NCBI GenBank assembly: GCA_963774125.1
Contig: CAVZDR010000002.1
Span: 420,605 to 484,604 of the forward strand
Direction of reading: 5' to 3'
From: an uncultured Acidimicrobiia bacterium
Lineage (GTDB): Bacteria > Actinomycetota > Acidimicrobiia > Acidimicrobiales > Ilumatobacteraceae
DNA length: 64,000 nt
Shown here: piece by piece, positions 8,824-22,480 of the stretch
Numbering within the stretch: the stretch's first letter is position 1
Layout: each line of letters starts with the position of its first letter
Program-made: the position numbers and the translations under genes
The notes under the pieces: generated by a model
What the model was told of the DNA's origin: nothing
The model's input: the letters and a program-made list of their open reading frames with translations, nothing else
The model's database searches: none

Positions 8824-10149
8824 AGCGAACGTCCTGCCGCAGCCACGTCCGCGCTGCTGACCACCTCCGCGGACGCTTGCTTGCCGCGTCGCTCGTTTCC
8901 GCGTCGGCGGACCTTCGTTCGTCGTGCCGACAGCCTGCTTCGCCGCCACCCTCTTGGCTGACTCCTTCGTCGCTGTGGCCTTCATTGCCGGAGCCTTTTG
9001 CGCCGCCTGCTTGGCCGCGGCCTTCCTGGCCGGCTCCTTCTTGGCCGCCGCCTTCTTCGTTGCTTCCTTCTTCGCCGGCTCCTTCTTGGCCGGGGCCTTC
9101 TTCGCCGCGTCCTTCTTGGCGGGCTCCTTCTTGGCCGGCGCCTTCTTCGCCGTCGCCCTCTTGGACGCGGCCTTCTTGGTCGGAGCCTCCGCCACGGCCT
9201 CGACGAGCTCGATGAGATCGGGACTGACGGCAACCGCCGCGCCGGGTGCCATTGCCGGGACGGCAAGCTCCACGCTGCGCCGCGCCGGGGCGAAGCTCGT
9301 CACGACGAGGGTCACCGCGTCGCCGATGCGCATCACCTCGCGGGCACTCCGCGGGGGTGCGTCCCCCATCAACCGGAGCGGCACATAACCGCGGATGTCG
9401 CCGATCGTGACGTACGCCCCGTGCGACGAGTACGACTCGACGACTCCGTTGACGCTGCTGCTGATCGGGTGGTGCTCGACGAAATCGAGGAACGGCAGGA
9501 GGTCGTTGACCGCTCCGCCGGGGGCGGCGGGCCGTGCGGGCGCCGGCGCCGACTCGGCAGGCGCGTTCGGCGTCACGCTCGCGACCGGTCGCTTCACACT
9601 CGGCGGTGGCGCCGTCGGCACCGGCATCGGCTGGCTCGCTTCCCTGCTCGCCGACCGGCGCACGACCTTGCGATCTGAGCCACCGCGCCCAGCCCGCTGG
9701 GCCTTGCGGCTCACCGGGCCCTTGACCGGCAGGCGTTCGACGAAGACCCAGCCGACGAACGGCACGGGTTTGCCGCCGATCAAGCGGCCTTCGTCGAACA
9801 GCCAGGGGTAGTCGCCGTGGAACTCCTGGAACGAGTCGTTGCTGAGGATTCGCGCGCCGACCTTGTTGGCGATGCTGAGGACGAACGCATCGCCGCGCCC
9901 GATTGCGCCGGCGGGCGGCGCCACGAGCTCATTGTGGGCGACGGCCTCGTCGAACGCGACGGCCTCCCGCCTGTCGATGCGGTGCCCGAACGTGGCGTCG
10001 ACGACGACCGTCACCACGGCGTCGGGAAACTCGTCCCGGAACGCCATCACGGCGTCGTTCAGCTGGGCCAGGCTCGGGGTGGACCGCCCTTCGGTCGCGA
10101 TGTTCGATCCGTCGACCACCACGACGTCTGAATTGGTCTTTGTGTTCAA
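8820..10149 (-). CDS. NYN/PIN-like ribonuclease domain, S1-like OB region and Lys/Ala/Pro-rich basic tail
   Basis: TTG start 10149. [10 protein letters not shown]...VVVDATFGH...ILSNDSF is Zc3h12a/NYN-like. [28 protein letters not shown]...IGDAVTLVV is S1-like. The tail is (AKKxPAKKE)n. As sequenced the frame runs on into xthA with no stop. The +1 frame ends at TGA 8820-8822 and overlaps the xthA GTG (GTGA), so a 3'-terminal indel is likely. Confidence 0.6.
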
Positions 10150-10167
10150 CTTGAGCGCGTCACCAAC

Positions 10168-10285
10168 TGCGAGCGAGCGAGCGCCGGCGTGCTGGGTGCG
10201 AGCGAGCGAACGCCAGTGAGCGAGCGGCTACACGCGGCCTGCGTGGCCGGGGAACGCCAATGGCGTCTGCGTGGCCGGGGAACGC
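10168..10285. repeat. two short tandem duplications in the NYN/HAD divergent intergenic region
   Basis: TGCGAGCGAGCGARCGCC occurs at 10168 and 10197 (period 29). CTGCGTGGCCGGGGAACGC occurs at 10239 and 10267 (period 28) and ends 5 nt before the HAD ATG. Confidence 0.7.
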
Positions 10286-10290
10286 AACGA

Positions 10291-10950
10291 ATGGGCATGG
10301 AGCAGCCCATCGTAGAGTCACCACCGGTGATCCGAGCGGTGCTCTGGGACTTCGGCGGGGTCATCCTGTCCAGTCCGTTCGAAGCGTTCCGGCACTACGA
10401 GATCGAACGCGGCCTCCCGTCGGAGTTCATTCGGACCGTCAACGCCATCAACCCACACGCCAACGCGTGGGCTCGGCTGGAGCGCGCCGAGATCAGCGCC
10501 GATGAGTTCGATGAGGTGTTCGCCGAGGAATCGGCGGCGCTCGGTCACCGCGTCCAGGGTGCCGACGTGCTGGCTTTACTGATGGGTGAGGTCCGTCCGG
10601 AGATGGTCGCTGCGCTCGATCGCATCAAGGCGGCTGGGCTCGCCGTCGCCTGCCTCACGAACAACGTCGTCCCGGACGGCCCGATGCGGGCGGACGTCGA
10701 CGCCGTGATGGCCCGCTTCGATCTGATCCTCGAGTCGAGCAAGCTCGGCGTGCGCAAGCCGGAGCCGGAGTTCTACGTGTTGGCCTGCGAGCGACTCGCC
10801 GTGGAGCCGCGCGAGTGCGTGTTCCTCGACGACCTCGGCGTCAACCTGAAGCCGGCGCGCGAGCTGGGCATGACGACGATCAAGGTGGGTGACCCGGCGG
10901 AGGCGATCATCCAGTTGGAGCAGATCCTCGGGCTCGAGCTGAGCACATAG
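10291..10950 (+). CDS. HAD-superfamily hydrolase
   Basis: Motif I VLWDFGGVI, motif III KLGVRKPE, motif IV FLDDLGVN. The ATG at 10291 or 10297 is preferred over the ORF-track start at 10189. Confidence 0.8.
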   Translation: MGMEQPIVESPPVIRAVLWDFGGVILSSPFEAFRHYEIERGLPSEFIRTVNAINPHANAWARLERAEISADEFDEVFAEESAALGHRVQGADVLALLMGEVRPEMVAALDRIKAAGLAVACLTNNVVPDGPMRADVDAVMARFDLILESSKLGVRKPEPEFYVLACERLAVEPRECVFLDDLGVNLKPARELGMTTIKVGDPAEAIIQLEQILGLELST

Positions 10951-10959
10951 GGAGCGCGT

Positions 10960-12802
10960 ATGAGCAAACTTGATCCCGGCTTGAAGTTCCTCTCCGAGCA
11001 ACGCAAGACGGTGCTCACGAGCATGGCGGCGGACTCGATCTTCGAGTTCGACTCCGCACCTGGCCGCGAGCCGACCGCCTCCGTGCTCGTCGAGTTCGAT
11101 GGCGACGTGGCGGCGCTCGAGGGTGCGGGGCTGACGGTCAGTGCGGTGGCGGGCGACGTCGTGTCCGGAGAGATCGTGTTGCGGCACGTCGACCGGCTGA
11201 CCGAGCTCGACGACGTGCGACGCATCGAAGTGGCGCGGGCGATGCATCGAGACCTCGACCTCGCGCTGGCGGAGATCCGCGCCGACGCCGTCCACACCGG
11301 TCCGCCTGGCCACCGCGGCAACGGCGTCGTGATCGGCATCATCGATTCCGGGATCGACTTCATGCACGAGGCGTTCCGGAGGGCGGACATGTCGTCACGG
11401 ATCGTCGCGATCTGGGACCAGGGACTTGTGCCGCGCAGCGGTGAGTCGAGCCCGGCCGGCTTCAGGTACGGCGTCGAATACCGAACGTCGCAGATCAACG
11501 CTGCGCTGGCTGCTCCTGATCCGTTCGCCGTCGTGCGCCATCGTGACCTCCAAATCCCGGGCGACGGGTTCCACGGCACCCACGTCGCCGGAATCGCCGC
11601 CGGCGACGGCTCGGTCGCCGGTTCTGGCCAACCGCCGTTCACGTTCGTCGGCGTGGCGCCCGAGGCCGACCTCGTCGTCGTTGCGAACACCCGCGGCGCC
11701 GCAGCGGGGCAACGCGGTCTCGGTGACTCCGCCGACACGCTCGACGCGGCCCGGTACATCCTCGATCTCGCCGAGGCGCTCGGCCGCCCCGTCGTGATCA
11801 ACCAGAGCCAGGGCGACAACCTCGGTCCGCACGACGGCACGAGCCTGCTCGAGCGGGGTCTCGACAACATGTTGGGCGGCAGCGGTCGGGCGATGGTCAA
11901 GTCGGCGGGCAACGAAGGCAACCGCAACAGGCACGCCGGCGGGATCATGCAGGGCGGCGGCACGCAGGCGGTGCAGCTCACGATGCCGGCCCGCACAGCA
12001 CCGGTCACGATCGATGTCTGGTACGCGGGCGCCGATCGCTACGACGTGACGATCGCGCCACCCGGAGGCGGCACAACGCCGATCGTCTCGCCCGGGATGA
12101 CGACGACGGTCAACGTCGCCGGTGGCAACTCGGTGTTCATCGACTCAGCGGTTGGCGACCCCGGCAACGCCGACAACCGGATCTTCGTCGTGCTGTCCCA
12201 CGCCGGCGCGGCGAGCCTGACGGCAGGGACGTGGACGATCACGCTGACGGGCACCACGGTCAGCAGCGGTCAATGGGATGCGTGGATCCAGCGCGGCGAA
12301 CCCAGCCCGGAGTTCCGGGCACCGCACCGCAGTCCGGCGCGCACCATGTCGATCCCAGGGACGGCCCACGAGGTCATCACCGCGGCGTCGTACGTCACCC
12401 GCGGGGCCGGCGTCGGCTCCATCTCGACGTTCTCCAGCTTGGGACCGACGCGGGACGGTCGACCATCACCGACGGTCGCCGCACCGGGCCAGTCGATCGT
12501 CGCTCCACAGCCTCCGAGCACCGGAGACACGTACGGGCCGATGGCCGGCACGTCGATGGCTGCGCCGATGGTGACGGGCACGGTCGCCCTCATGCTCCAG
12601 GCCAACCCCGAGCTCACGGCTGCTCAGATCCGCGACTGCCTGATGAGCACCGCACGCGCCGACGCCTTCACCGGCGCCACGCCGAACTACCGCGTGGGGC
12701 GCCGGCAAGCTCGACGCCGCGGGGGCCTTCGAGTGCGCCAGTGCGGGGGCCGACGTCGACGGCGTGCCGGGCGCCAACCTCACGAACTACTGGTACGACT
12801 GA
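10960..12802 (+). pseudogene. S8 (subtilisin-family) serine peptidase without recognisable signal peptide; one frame break near the 3' end
   Basis: Catalytic triad contexts IGIIDSGID, HGTHVAG and GTSMAAP. After ...TGATPNYR the sense continues one frame over as WGAGKLDAAGAFECASAGADVDGVPGANLTNYWYD, ending at TGA 12800-12802. The break is at a G-run near 12695. Confidence 0.8.
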
Positions 12803-12808
12803 ATCATC

Positions 12809-12855
12809 GGGCTCGGCTCGCAAGCAAGTTGCTCGCCTCACCTCCCGAGCTCGCC
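12809..12855 (+). repeat. dispersed intergenic repeat, family A, copy 2
   Basis: GGGCTCGGCTCGCAAGCAAGTTGCTCGCCTCACCTCCCGAGCTCGCC lies 7 nt after the corrected S8 peptidase stop, between convergent genes. Confidence 0.7.
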
Positions 12856-12867
12856 GCCTCCGCTGCG

Positions 12868-13176
12868 CTACGGCGTCTCACCCACCTGCGTATCTGCGGG
12901 CCTCTGACCGCTGTCCGGCTCCTCCGGGAAGAGCGGGGCGGAGATCTGCACGGAACGCACGAAGTGACGGTTCGTCACGATCTCGATCGCGTCGGGGCCG
13001 CCGTCGGCGGTGAGCACGTCTCCGGCGACGGTGCGGATCAACAGACCGTCGGCGCGCAGCGCGTCCAGTTGGTCGTCGTCGAACGGGGCGTCCCCGCGGA
13101 CGAACACCGCGAGGACACGGTCACGCTGGTGCAGGAGGAGGCGTCCGGGTGCATCGACCTTGGCGAGATCGACCAT
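12868..13176 (-). CDS. hypothetical small acidic protein downstream of kgd
   Basis: 102-aa ORF with ordinary composition and high GC3, starting 14 nt after the kgd stop. I recognise no motif. Confidence 0.4.
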   Translation of the reverse strand: MVDLAKVDAPGRLLLHQRDRVLAVFVRGDAPFDDDQLDALRADGLLIRTVAGDVLTADGGPDAIEIVTNRHFVRSVQISAPLFPEEPDSGQRPADTQVGETP

Positions 13177-13190
13177 GTCACACGACCATG

Positions 13191-16829
<3,639 letters not shown>

Positions 16830-16833
<4 letters not shown>

Positions 16834-17507
16834 GTACTCAGAGTACCGGTCGGCGAAATGGCGGGGTCCCTACGGGCGACGACCATCGTCGCCTCAGGCG
16901 GGCCGCCGCGGCGGATCGGTTCGGCGGCGACGTGCAACAGCTCCCAGCTCGCCAAGGCCGGCTCGAACACGTCCCACTCCCCGATCACGAAGGCCACCGT
17001 CGCGCCCCGCTGCAGCACGCGCCGCACCTCTGCCAGCACCGCGGGGCCGACGCCGCCGGCGGTGAACGTGCCGGCCGAGACGGCGGCGCCGTACGAGTCG
17101 TCGGCAAGTGGCAGCGGGCGCTGCAGGTCCGCTTCGATCAAGGCTCGGTACGCCCCCTTGCGGGCAGCGACGCCCAACATCGCCCGGGAGATGTCGATGC
17201 CGTCGACGGACGTGAAGCCTTCCCTGAACAGCCGGATTCCGACCGCCCCCGTCCCACACCCGAGGTCGAGAACCGGTGTCGTGCGATCGCCGAGATGGTC
17301 GGCTAGGAGGTCTGCGATCCGGTCGCTGCCGATGAAGCCGAGCTGGTCGAAGACGTCCCGGTCGTAGTCGGCGGCCCAGTCGCGGTAGGCGGCGACGGTG
17401 TCTTCGGCGGACCTGGCAGCGCGGGCTCGGAGCACCCGCTGGCGGGCCTGGTCCGACGGGTCCACTCGGCCATTCTGCTCAGTAGAGTGCGCCCCCCAAG
17501 GACACAA
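16830..17507 (-). CDS. class I SAM-dependent methyltransferase
   Basis: VLDLGCGTGAVG motif. The stop overlaps the kgd ATG (ATGA at 16830-16833). The start is either TTG 17507 or GTG 17465. Confidence 0.75.
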
Positions 17508-17533
17508 CCAGAAGGCACAACCAGTCGGGGGTC

Positions 17534-19645
17534 ATGAGCTTGATGAGTCCGTCCACGGACAAGATCCGCAACGTCGCCGTCGTCGGCCACGGCGGATGCG
17601 GGAAGACCACACTTGTCGAGGCGATGCTGCTGCGGGCCGGCGTCGTTCCCAGGGCCGGGCGAGTCGAGGACGGCACGACCGTGTGCGACACCGAGCCCGA
17701 AGAGATCAAGCGGACGATGACGCTGTCGTTGGCGATCGCTCCGGTCGAGTGGAAGTGCGACGACGGTCAGACCTACAAGATCAACCTCATCGACACCCCC
17801 GGCTACGCCGACTTCGGGGGCGACGTCGAGGCGGCCCTCTCGGTCGCCGACCTGGCCGTGGTCGTGGTCAGCGCCGTCGACGGCATCGAGGTGGGCACCG
17901 AGGCGGCGTGGTCCAGGTGCGTCGAGCGCAACATCCCGCGGATGGTGTTCATCTCCAAGGAAGACAAGCAGCGGGCCAACTTCCACCAGGTCCTCTCCGA
18001 CCTCAGGACTCGGTTCGGATCCGGCTTCGTCGTGCTCGAACTGCCGCTGGGCGAGGAGGAGGCCTTCCACGGCGTAGCCGACCTCCTCAGCGACCAGGGC
18101 TTCGCGTACACGCCCGATGGCCAGCACCACTCCGAGCCGCTGCCGGCCGATGTGGTGGACGAGGAGCACCGCCGCCACGACGAGCTCGTCGAGGAGATCG
18201 TCGCCGGTGACGACGAGCAGTTGGAGCGGTACCTCTCCGGCGATACGCCGTCAGCGGCCGAGCTGGAGAAGACCCTGGCCCACGAGATCCTGAACGGAGC
18301 TGAGTTCCCCGTGCTCGTCGGGTCGGCCACGACGGGCGTCGGCATCGACCGCTTGCTCGACTTCATCTGCGAGCTCGGCCCATCCCCGGCCGAGCGGCCG
18401 GTGACCGTCCTCGCCGGCACCGGCGCTGATGGGGTCGAGGTCGAGGTCGCCGCCGACGCAGCCAGCAAGCCACTGGCCTACGTCTTCAAGACCGTCGCCG
18501 ACCAGTTCGTCGGCCAGATCTCGCTGTTCAAGGTCCTGTCCGGGACGATCGCCGTGGACGATCGACTCGTCAACACCACGACCGGCTCCGAGGAACGGCT
18601 GCACGGCCTGTTCCAACTCCGGGGCAAGGAGCACGTGCCGGTCGGGCGGCTGACTGCGGGTGATCTTGGTGCGGTCGCCAAGCTCAACGACACGGTGACC
18701 GGATCGACCCTGGCGCCGAAGGACGCTCCGGTGCGAGCGAAGGCACCGACACCACCAATGGCCGTGTACGGGCTGGCGCTGCGCCCCGTCACCCAATCCG
18801 ACGACGACAAGCTGTCGGGCGCGCTGACCCGCCTGCTGTCGGAGGACCCGGCGCTCGTCGTCGATCGCAACGAGGAGACCGGGCAGACCGTGCTCCGCGG
18901 CACCGGCGACGCGCACTTGAACGTGGCGCTCGAGCGGATGAGCCGGAAGTTCGGCGTGAACGTCGAGACCGAGGAAGTGCGGGTGCCCTATCGGGAGACG
19001 GTCACTGGATCGGCCGAGGCCGAGGGGAAGATCAAGAAGCAGTCCGGGGGGCATGGGCAGTTCGCCGTAGCTCAGCTGCGGGTCAGCCCGACGGCGCGGG
19101 GCGACGGATCGCAGTTCGTCAACTCGATCGTCGGTGGCACGATTCCCAAGCAGTACATCCCCGCCGTGCAGCGCGGCGTCGAGGAGACGATGTCGACGGG
19201 CGGCGTCTACGGGTTCCCCGTCGTCGACGTTCGTGTCGAGTGCTACGACGGCAAGTACCACTCCGTCGACTCGTCCGACATGGCGTTCCGGTCGGCGGCG
19301 GCGCACGGACTGAAGGAAGCCCTGACCAAGGCCGGCGCGGCCGTGCTCGAGCCGGTCTCGGTGCTCACCGTGACCGTGCCGGAGGGGTACCAGGGCGACG
19401 TGCTCGGCGACCTCAACTCGCGGCGGGGCCGGGTCAGCGGCACGTCCGTGCTGGGGAACGGGAACCACGAGATCGTGGCGTACGTGCCGGCCGCGGAGAT
19501 CCAGCGCTACGCCGTGGACCTGCGCTCGATGACCGGCGGCCGTGGCACGTTCGTGGCCGTCCACGACCACTACGACCTGCTGCCGAACCACCTCATCGAC
19601 AAGATCAAGAAGGCGTCTGCGTCGAACACCGCCCCGGTGCACTGA
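17534..19645 (+). CDS. elongation factor G paralogue (EF-G-like GTPase)
   Basis: 703 aa. G1 VVGHGGCGKTTL, G3 DTPGYADF, and full domain II-V length with ...GGHGQFA...GKYHSVDSSDMAF. The P-loop context differs from canonical AHIDAGKTT, as in actinobacterial EF-G2-type paralogues. Confidence 0.8.
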   Translation: MSLMSPSTDKIRNVAVVGHGGCGKTTLVEAMLLRAGVVPRAGRVEDGTTVCDTEPEEIKRTMTLSLAIAPVEWKCDDGQTYKINLIDTPGYADFGGDVEAALSVADLAVVVVSAVDGIEVGTEAAWSRCVERNIPRMVFISKEDKQRANFHQVLSDLRTRFGSGFVVLELPLGEEEAFHGVADLLSDQGFAYTPDGQHHSEPLPADVVDEEHRRHDELVEEIVAGDDEQLERYLSGDTPSAAELEKTLAHEILNGAEFPVLVGSATTGVGIDRLLDFICELGPSPAERPVTVLAGTGADGVEVEVAADAASKPLAYVFKTVADQFVGQISLFKVLSGTIAVDDRLVNTTTGSEERLHGLFQLRGKEHVPVGRLTAGDLGAVAKLNDTVTGSTLAPKDAPVRAKAPTPPMAVYGLALRPVTQSDDDKLSGALTRLLSEDPALVVDRNEETGQTVLRGTGDAHLNVALERMSRKFGVNVETEEVRVPYRETVTGSAEAEGKIKKQSGGHGQFAVAQLRVSPTARGDGSQFVNSIVGGTIPKQYIPAVQRGVEETMSTGGVYGFPVVDVRVECYDGKYHSVDSSDMAFRSAAAHGLKEALTKAGAAVLEPVSVLTVTVPEGYQGDVLGDLNSRRGRVSGTSVLGNGNHEIVAYVPAAEIQRYAVDLRSMTGGRGTFVAVHDHYDLLPNHLIDKIKKASASNTAPVH

Positions 19646-19660
19646 GCCGCCGGTTGCGCT

Positions 19661-19727
19661 GCGCCGCGAGCGCGTCGCGGCGCCTCTTCGTCAGCGTTCT
19701 GGTTGAACGGTCCGCCAAAACGCTGAC
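19661..19727. terminator. two GC-rich hairpins between convergent EF-G-like and MBL genes
   Basis: GCGCCGCGA-gcgcg-TCGCGGCGC at 19661-19683 is a perfect 9-bp stem. GTCAGCGTT...AACGCTGAC at 19690-19727 is a 9-bp stem with a 20-nt loop. There is no clear U-tract. Confidence 0.45.
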
Positions 19728-19746
19728 AAAGAGCCGGTGCCTCGGG

Positions 19747-20487
19747 TCAGGCAGCTTCGGCGCTCGATTCCATCATCGACTGGTAGCGGTCAGCGAGGTC
19801 GTACAGCGCCTGGCGGCAGTCGCCGGTGAACGACGATCCGTGCATGATGCCCAGCGTCGTCGGCTGCAGGTCGCCGAGACCGCGGATGATCGTCGCAGTC
19901 TGGGGAGCGAGCGTCGATGCGTGGAACATCTCCTCCGCGGCGATCGCCGGACCGACGACGTCGCCGGTGGTCAGTGGCTTGCCGGCACCGAGCTGGGAGA
20001 ACAGGTCACCGCACAGCAGCGTGCCGGTCGTCTCCTCGAACAGCACCTGCGCCTCCCACCCGTGTGGGACGTGCGGCGTCGAGATCTGCCGGACCCGCTT
20101 GCCTCCGAGATCGATCACCTCGCCCTCTGCGAGCGCCCGCGGCGGGCGATCGCACAGGTCGTTCAACGAGACGTCGCATCCGAGCGCGCCGTGAGCTACC
20201 GAGCTGGACGGCGCCGCAGCCAGCCACATGTTCATCGCTCCGCACTCGTCCGCCTCGACGTGCCCGAACGTGATCCACCGCAGCGACTCCACCGGCACGA
20301 CGGTCGCCATCGTCTCGGCGACCAGCGGGAACAGGCCTCGCATCCCGGTGTGGAAGAGCAACGGCTCGTCCGCCGCGATCAGGAACTGGTTGAAGGTGAA
20401 GCCCTCCGGGCTGACCTCAGGGATCCAGGTCGAGATCCGATAGATCCCGTCGGCGATCTCGTCGATGACTGGCTGCATGGGTTCCAT
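19747..20487 (-). CDS. MBL-fold protein with variant diiron-type motif
   Basis: 246 aa. GHVEADECG is an H-x-E-x-D-E variant of the H-x-E-x-D-H motif of flavodiiron/ODP-type MBL domains. It is the last gene of a same-strand string starting at osmC. Confidence 0.65.
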   Translation of the reverse strand: MEPMQPVIDEIADGIYRISTWIPEVSPEGFTFNQFLIAADEPLLFHTGMRGLFPLVAETMATVVPVESLRWITFGHVEADECGAMNMWLAAAPSSSVAHGALGCDVSLNDLCDRPPRALAEGEVIDLGGKRVRQISTPHVPHGWEAQVLFEETTGTLLCGDLFSQLGAGKPLTTGDVVGPAIAAEEMFHASTLAPQTATIIRGLGDLQPTTLGIMHGSSFTGDCRQALYDLADRYQSMMESSAEAA

Positions 20488-20524
20488 GCCCCTGAAGCGT
20501 GCCGAATACGCCGCATCCGTTCAT

Positions 20525-22447
20525 TCAGCACTGAACGATCCAGAAAACATCCTCCGGCGCCGGTTCGTACACGCAGTACAGGCCCGTGCGAATGCGCCGG
20601 TCGAGGGCGTCCCCGGCCCCGGGCACCGCATCGGACATCCTGGTCAGCGCCGTTCTGAGCGCTCGGGTGACGTTCAGTCGTGCCCGCTCTGCCGCCGATG
20701 ACGCCCGCCGGTCGCGGCCGCCCACGCCGTAGGCCGCCGACAGCTCATGGACGAGCAGCTCCAGCTCGGCCTCGCGAGCCTCGGCAGTCTCGAGCAGTCC
20801 GGCGGCGAGCGCGTCGTCGGCCTCCGCCCGGAGCTGCTCGATGCGATGCCGATAGGCCGTGCGAGCCCGTGTGTCCAGCACCGCGCCGGCATCGCCGAGA
20901 GCGCGCCGATCAATCGTCCGGTCGACCCCCTCCACACGATCGACCAGATCCAGGGCGTGGCGCTCGACGCCCGGCCGCGACACGAGCTCGGCGACGTAGC
21001 GCAATCCCTTGCTGTCGGGCACCCGCGCTCGCGCGCGCCGTCGAAGTCGACCGTCCACCACTTGCCCTGACGAGTGAGCTCGGCGGCCGATCTCGCGCTG
21101 ACGATCGACGAGATGGTCAGTCGCTCGAGCAGCGCCACGTCGGCCGGCGCAAGCACGACATCGAAGGACTCCAGCGCTCCAGCCACCGCCGCCGCCTCGA
21201 CCGCGGCCACCGGGTCACCAGCCTGCTCGCGCACGCGCACCAGCTCGAGCTGCACCATCACGCGCAGCCACGGCAGATCGGCCGAGGCCAGCCCATCGAC
21301 GGCGGTTTCGAGGGCGGCGACCGCCGCATCGGGCTGCCCGCTCGCCGCCAGCACCCGCGCCTGGGCCACGCGGGCGCGGGCCAGCAGCGCCGGCACGGAG
21401 ACGTCCGTGAGAAGCAGCTCGAACCTGTCGGCGGCTTCGGCGGCCGCAGCCACGTCACCGGCGGCGAGCTCAGCATCGACGAGGACGGTCAGCAGCTCGA
21501 CCGCCCGGAGACGGTCGTCACCGAGCACCCGCAAGCCGCGGCAGACCACCGCCCTCGCCAGCGCGACGTCACCGCGGGCCAGGTGCAGCCGGGCGGCCGG
21601 AAGCAGTGCTTGCATCGACTGGTCCTTGCCGATCAGGAGCGCCTCTGCCTCCGACCAGCGCCCCTGCCGTATCCGCAGGTCGGCGAGCGCGATGTCGGGG
21701 TGCCAGCTCGGCATCTGCATCACTTGCTCGAACTCGGCCCTCGACCGCTCGAGCAACGCCTCCGCGTCACCCCAGCGACCGAGCTCCATGAGCAGCGTCG
21801 CTTGCACGCTGTCGCAGTGACTGGACAGGAAGAGCTGGGTGCCGGCAGCCGAACCGATCACGCCGTGGCGTCGCAACAGCTCGGCCCACGACCCAGCCCG
21901 GCCGAAGTCGCCGGCGTGGTAGCAGGCGGTGAAGAACGAGCACGCTGACTGACCCGCCGTGGAGACGTCATCGGCCGCTCCGCACGCCAACGCCATCGCC
22001 TCGTCGAGCAACGCCATCCCCTCGGCGATCCGGCCGGCCTGCACGTGCGCCAAGCCACCGTCGGCGAGCGCCTTCATCTCCAGGTTCAGATCACCGAACC
22101 GGCGAGCCCGATCGAGAGCGAGATCCGCCGCGGCGAGCAGTTCGAGCGGGTCGTCGACGTCGCATCCCATCGAGGCGACGGCAATCCATCCCTGCTCGAC
22201 ACACGGTGGCTCCGACTCGATGAGGCGTTGCGCTCTCGCGAACCACGCTCTGGCTGCGGTGAGGTTGCCGAGCCGCCAGCCGTAGACGTTGCCGAGGCGC
22301 AGGCACACCATCGCCGCCGCGCACGGGTCATCCGTCGAGCGCGCGGATCGCCGCCGAGAGGTGGGCGACGGCACCGTTGACGTCCGAGCGGCCGAGCGCC
22401 TCGTCGGCCGCGGCCAATGCCCGATCCGCCTCCGCCTTGCCCGACAT
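20525..22447 (-). pseudogene. TPR-repeat putative regulatory protein; two frame breaks as sequenced
   Basis: Start MSGKAEADRALAAADEALGRSDVNGAVAHLSAAIRALD (ATG 22447), with a break near 22330 into ORF 20674..22374 (long Ala/Leu-rich TPR-like helical repeats). A second break near 21030, in a GC-alternating tract, leads into ORF 20525..21061 (VPDSKGLRYVAELVSRPGVERHALDLV...). Confidence 0.6.
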
Positions 22448-22480
22448 CACCCACAGCTTCGCGCCTGTGTGGTGTGTCGC

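Noticed and set aside
8990-9190. Periodic 15-30-nt DNA repeats (ggccttcttggccgg-like) that superficially resemble a repeat array or CRISPR.
   Set aside because: They are the coding sequence, on the minus strand, of the (AKKxPAKKE)n basic tail of the NYN-domain protein. The units are contiguous with no unique spacers, and there are no cas genes.
8038-10149. Possible NYN-RNase/exonuclease III fusion protein.
   Set aside because: The neighbouring frame terminates in a GTGA stop-start overlap at the xthA GTG. The xthA part itself contains two further frame breaks. Indel artefacts are the simpler explanation.
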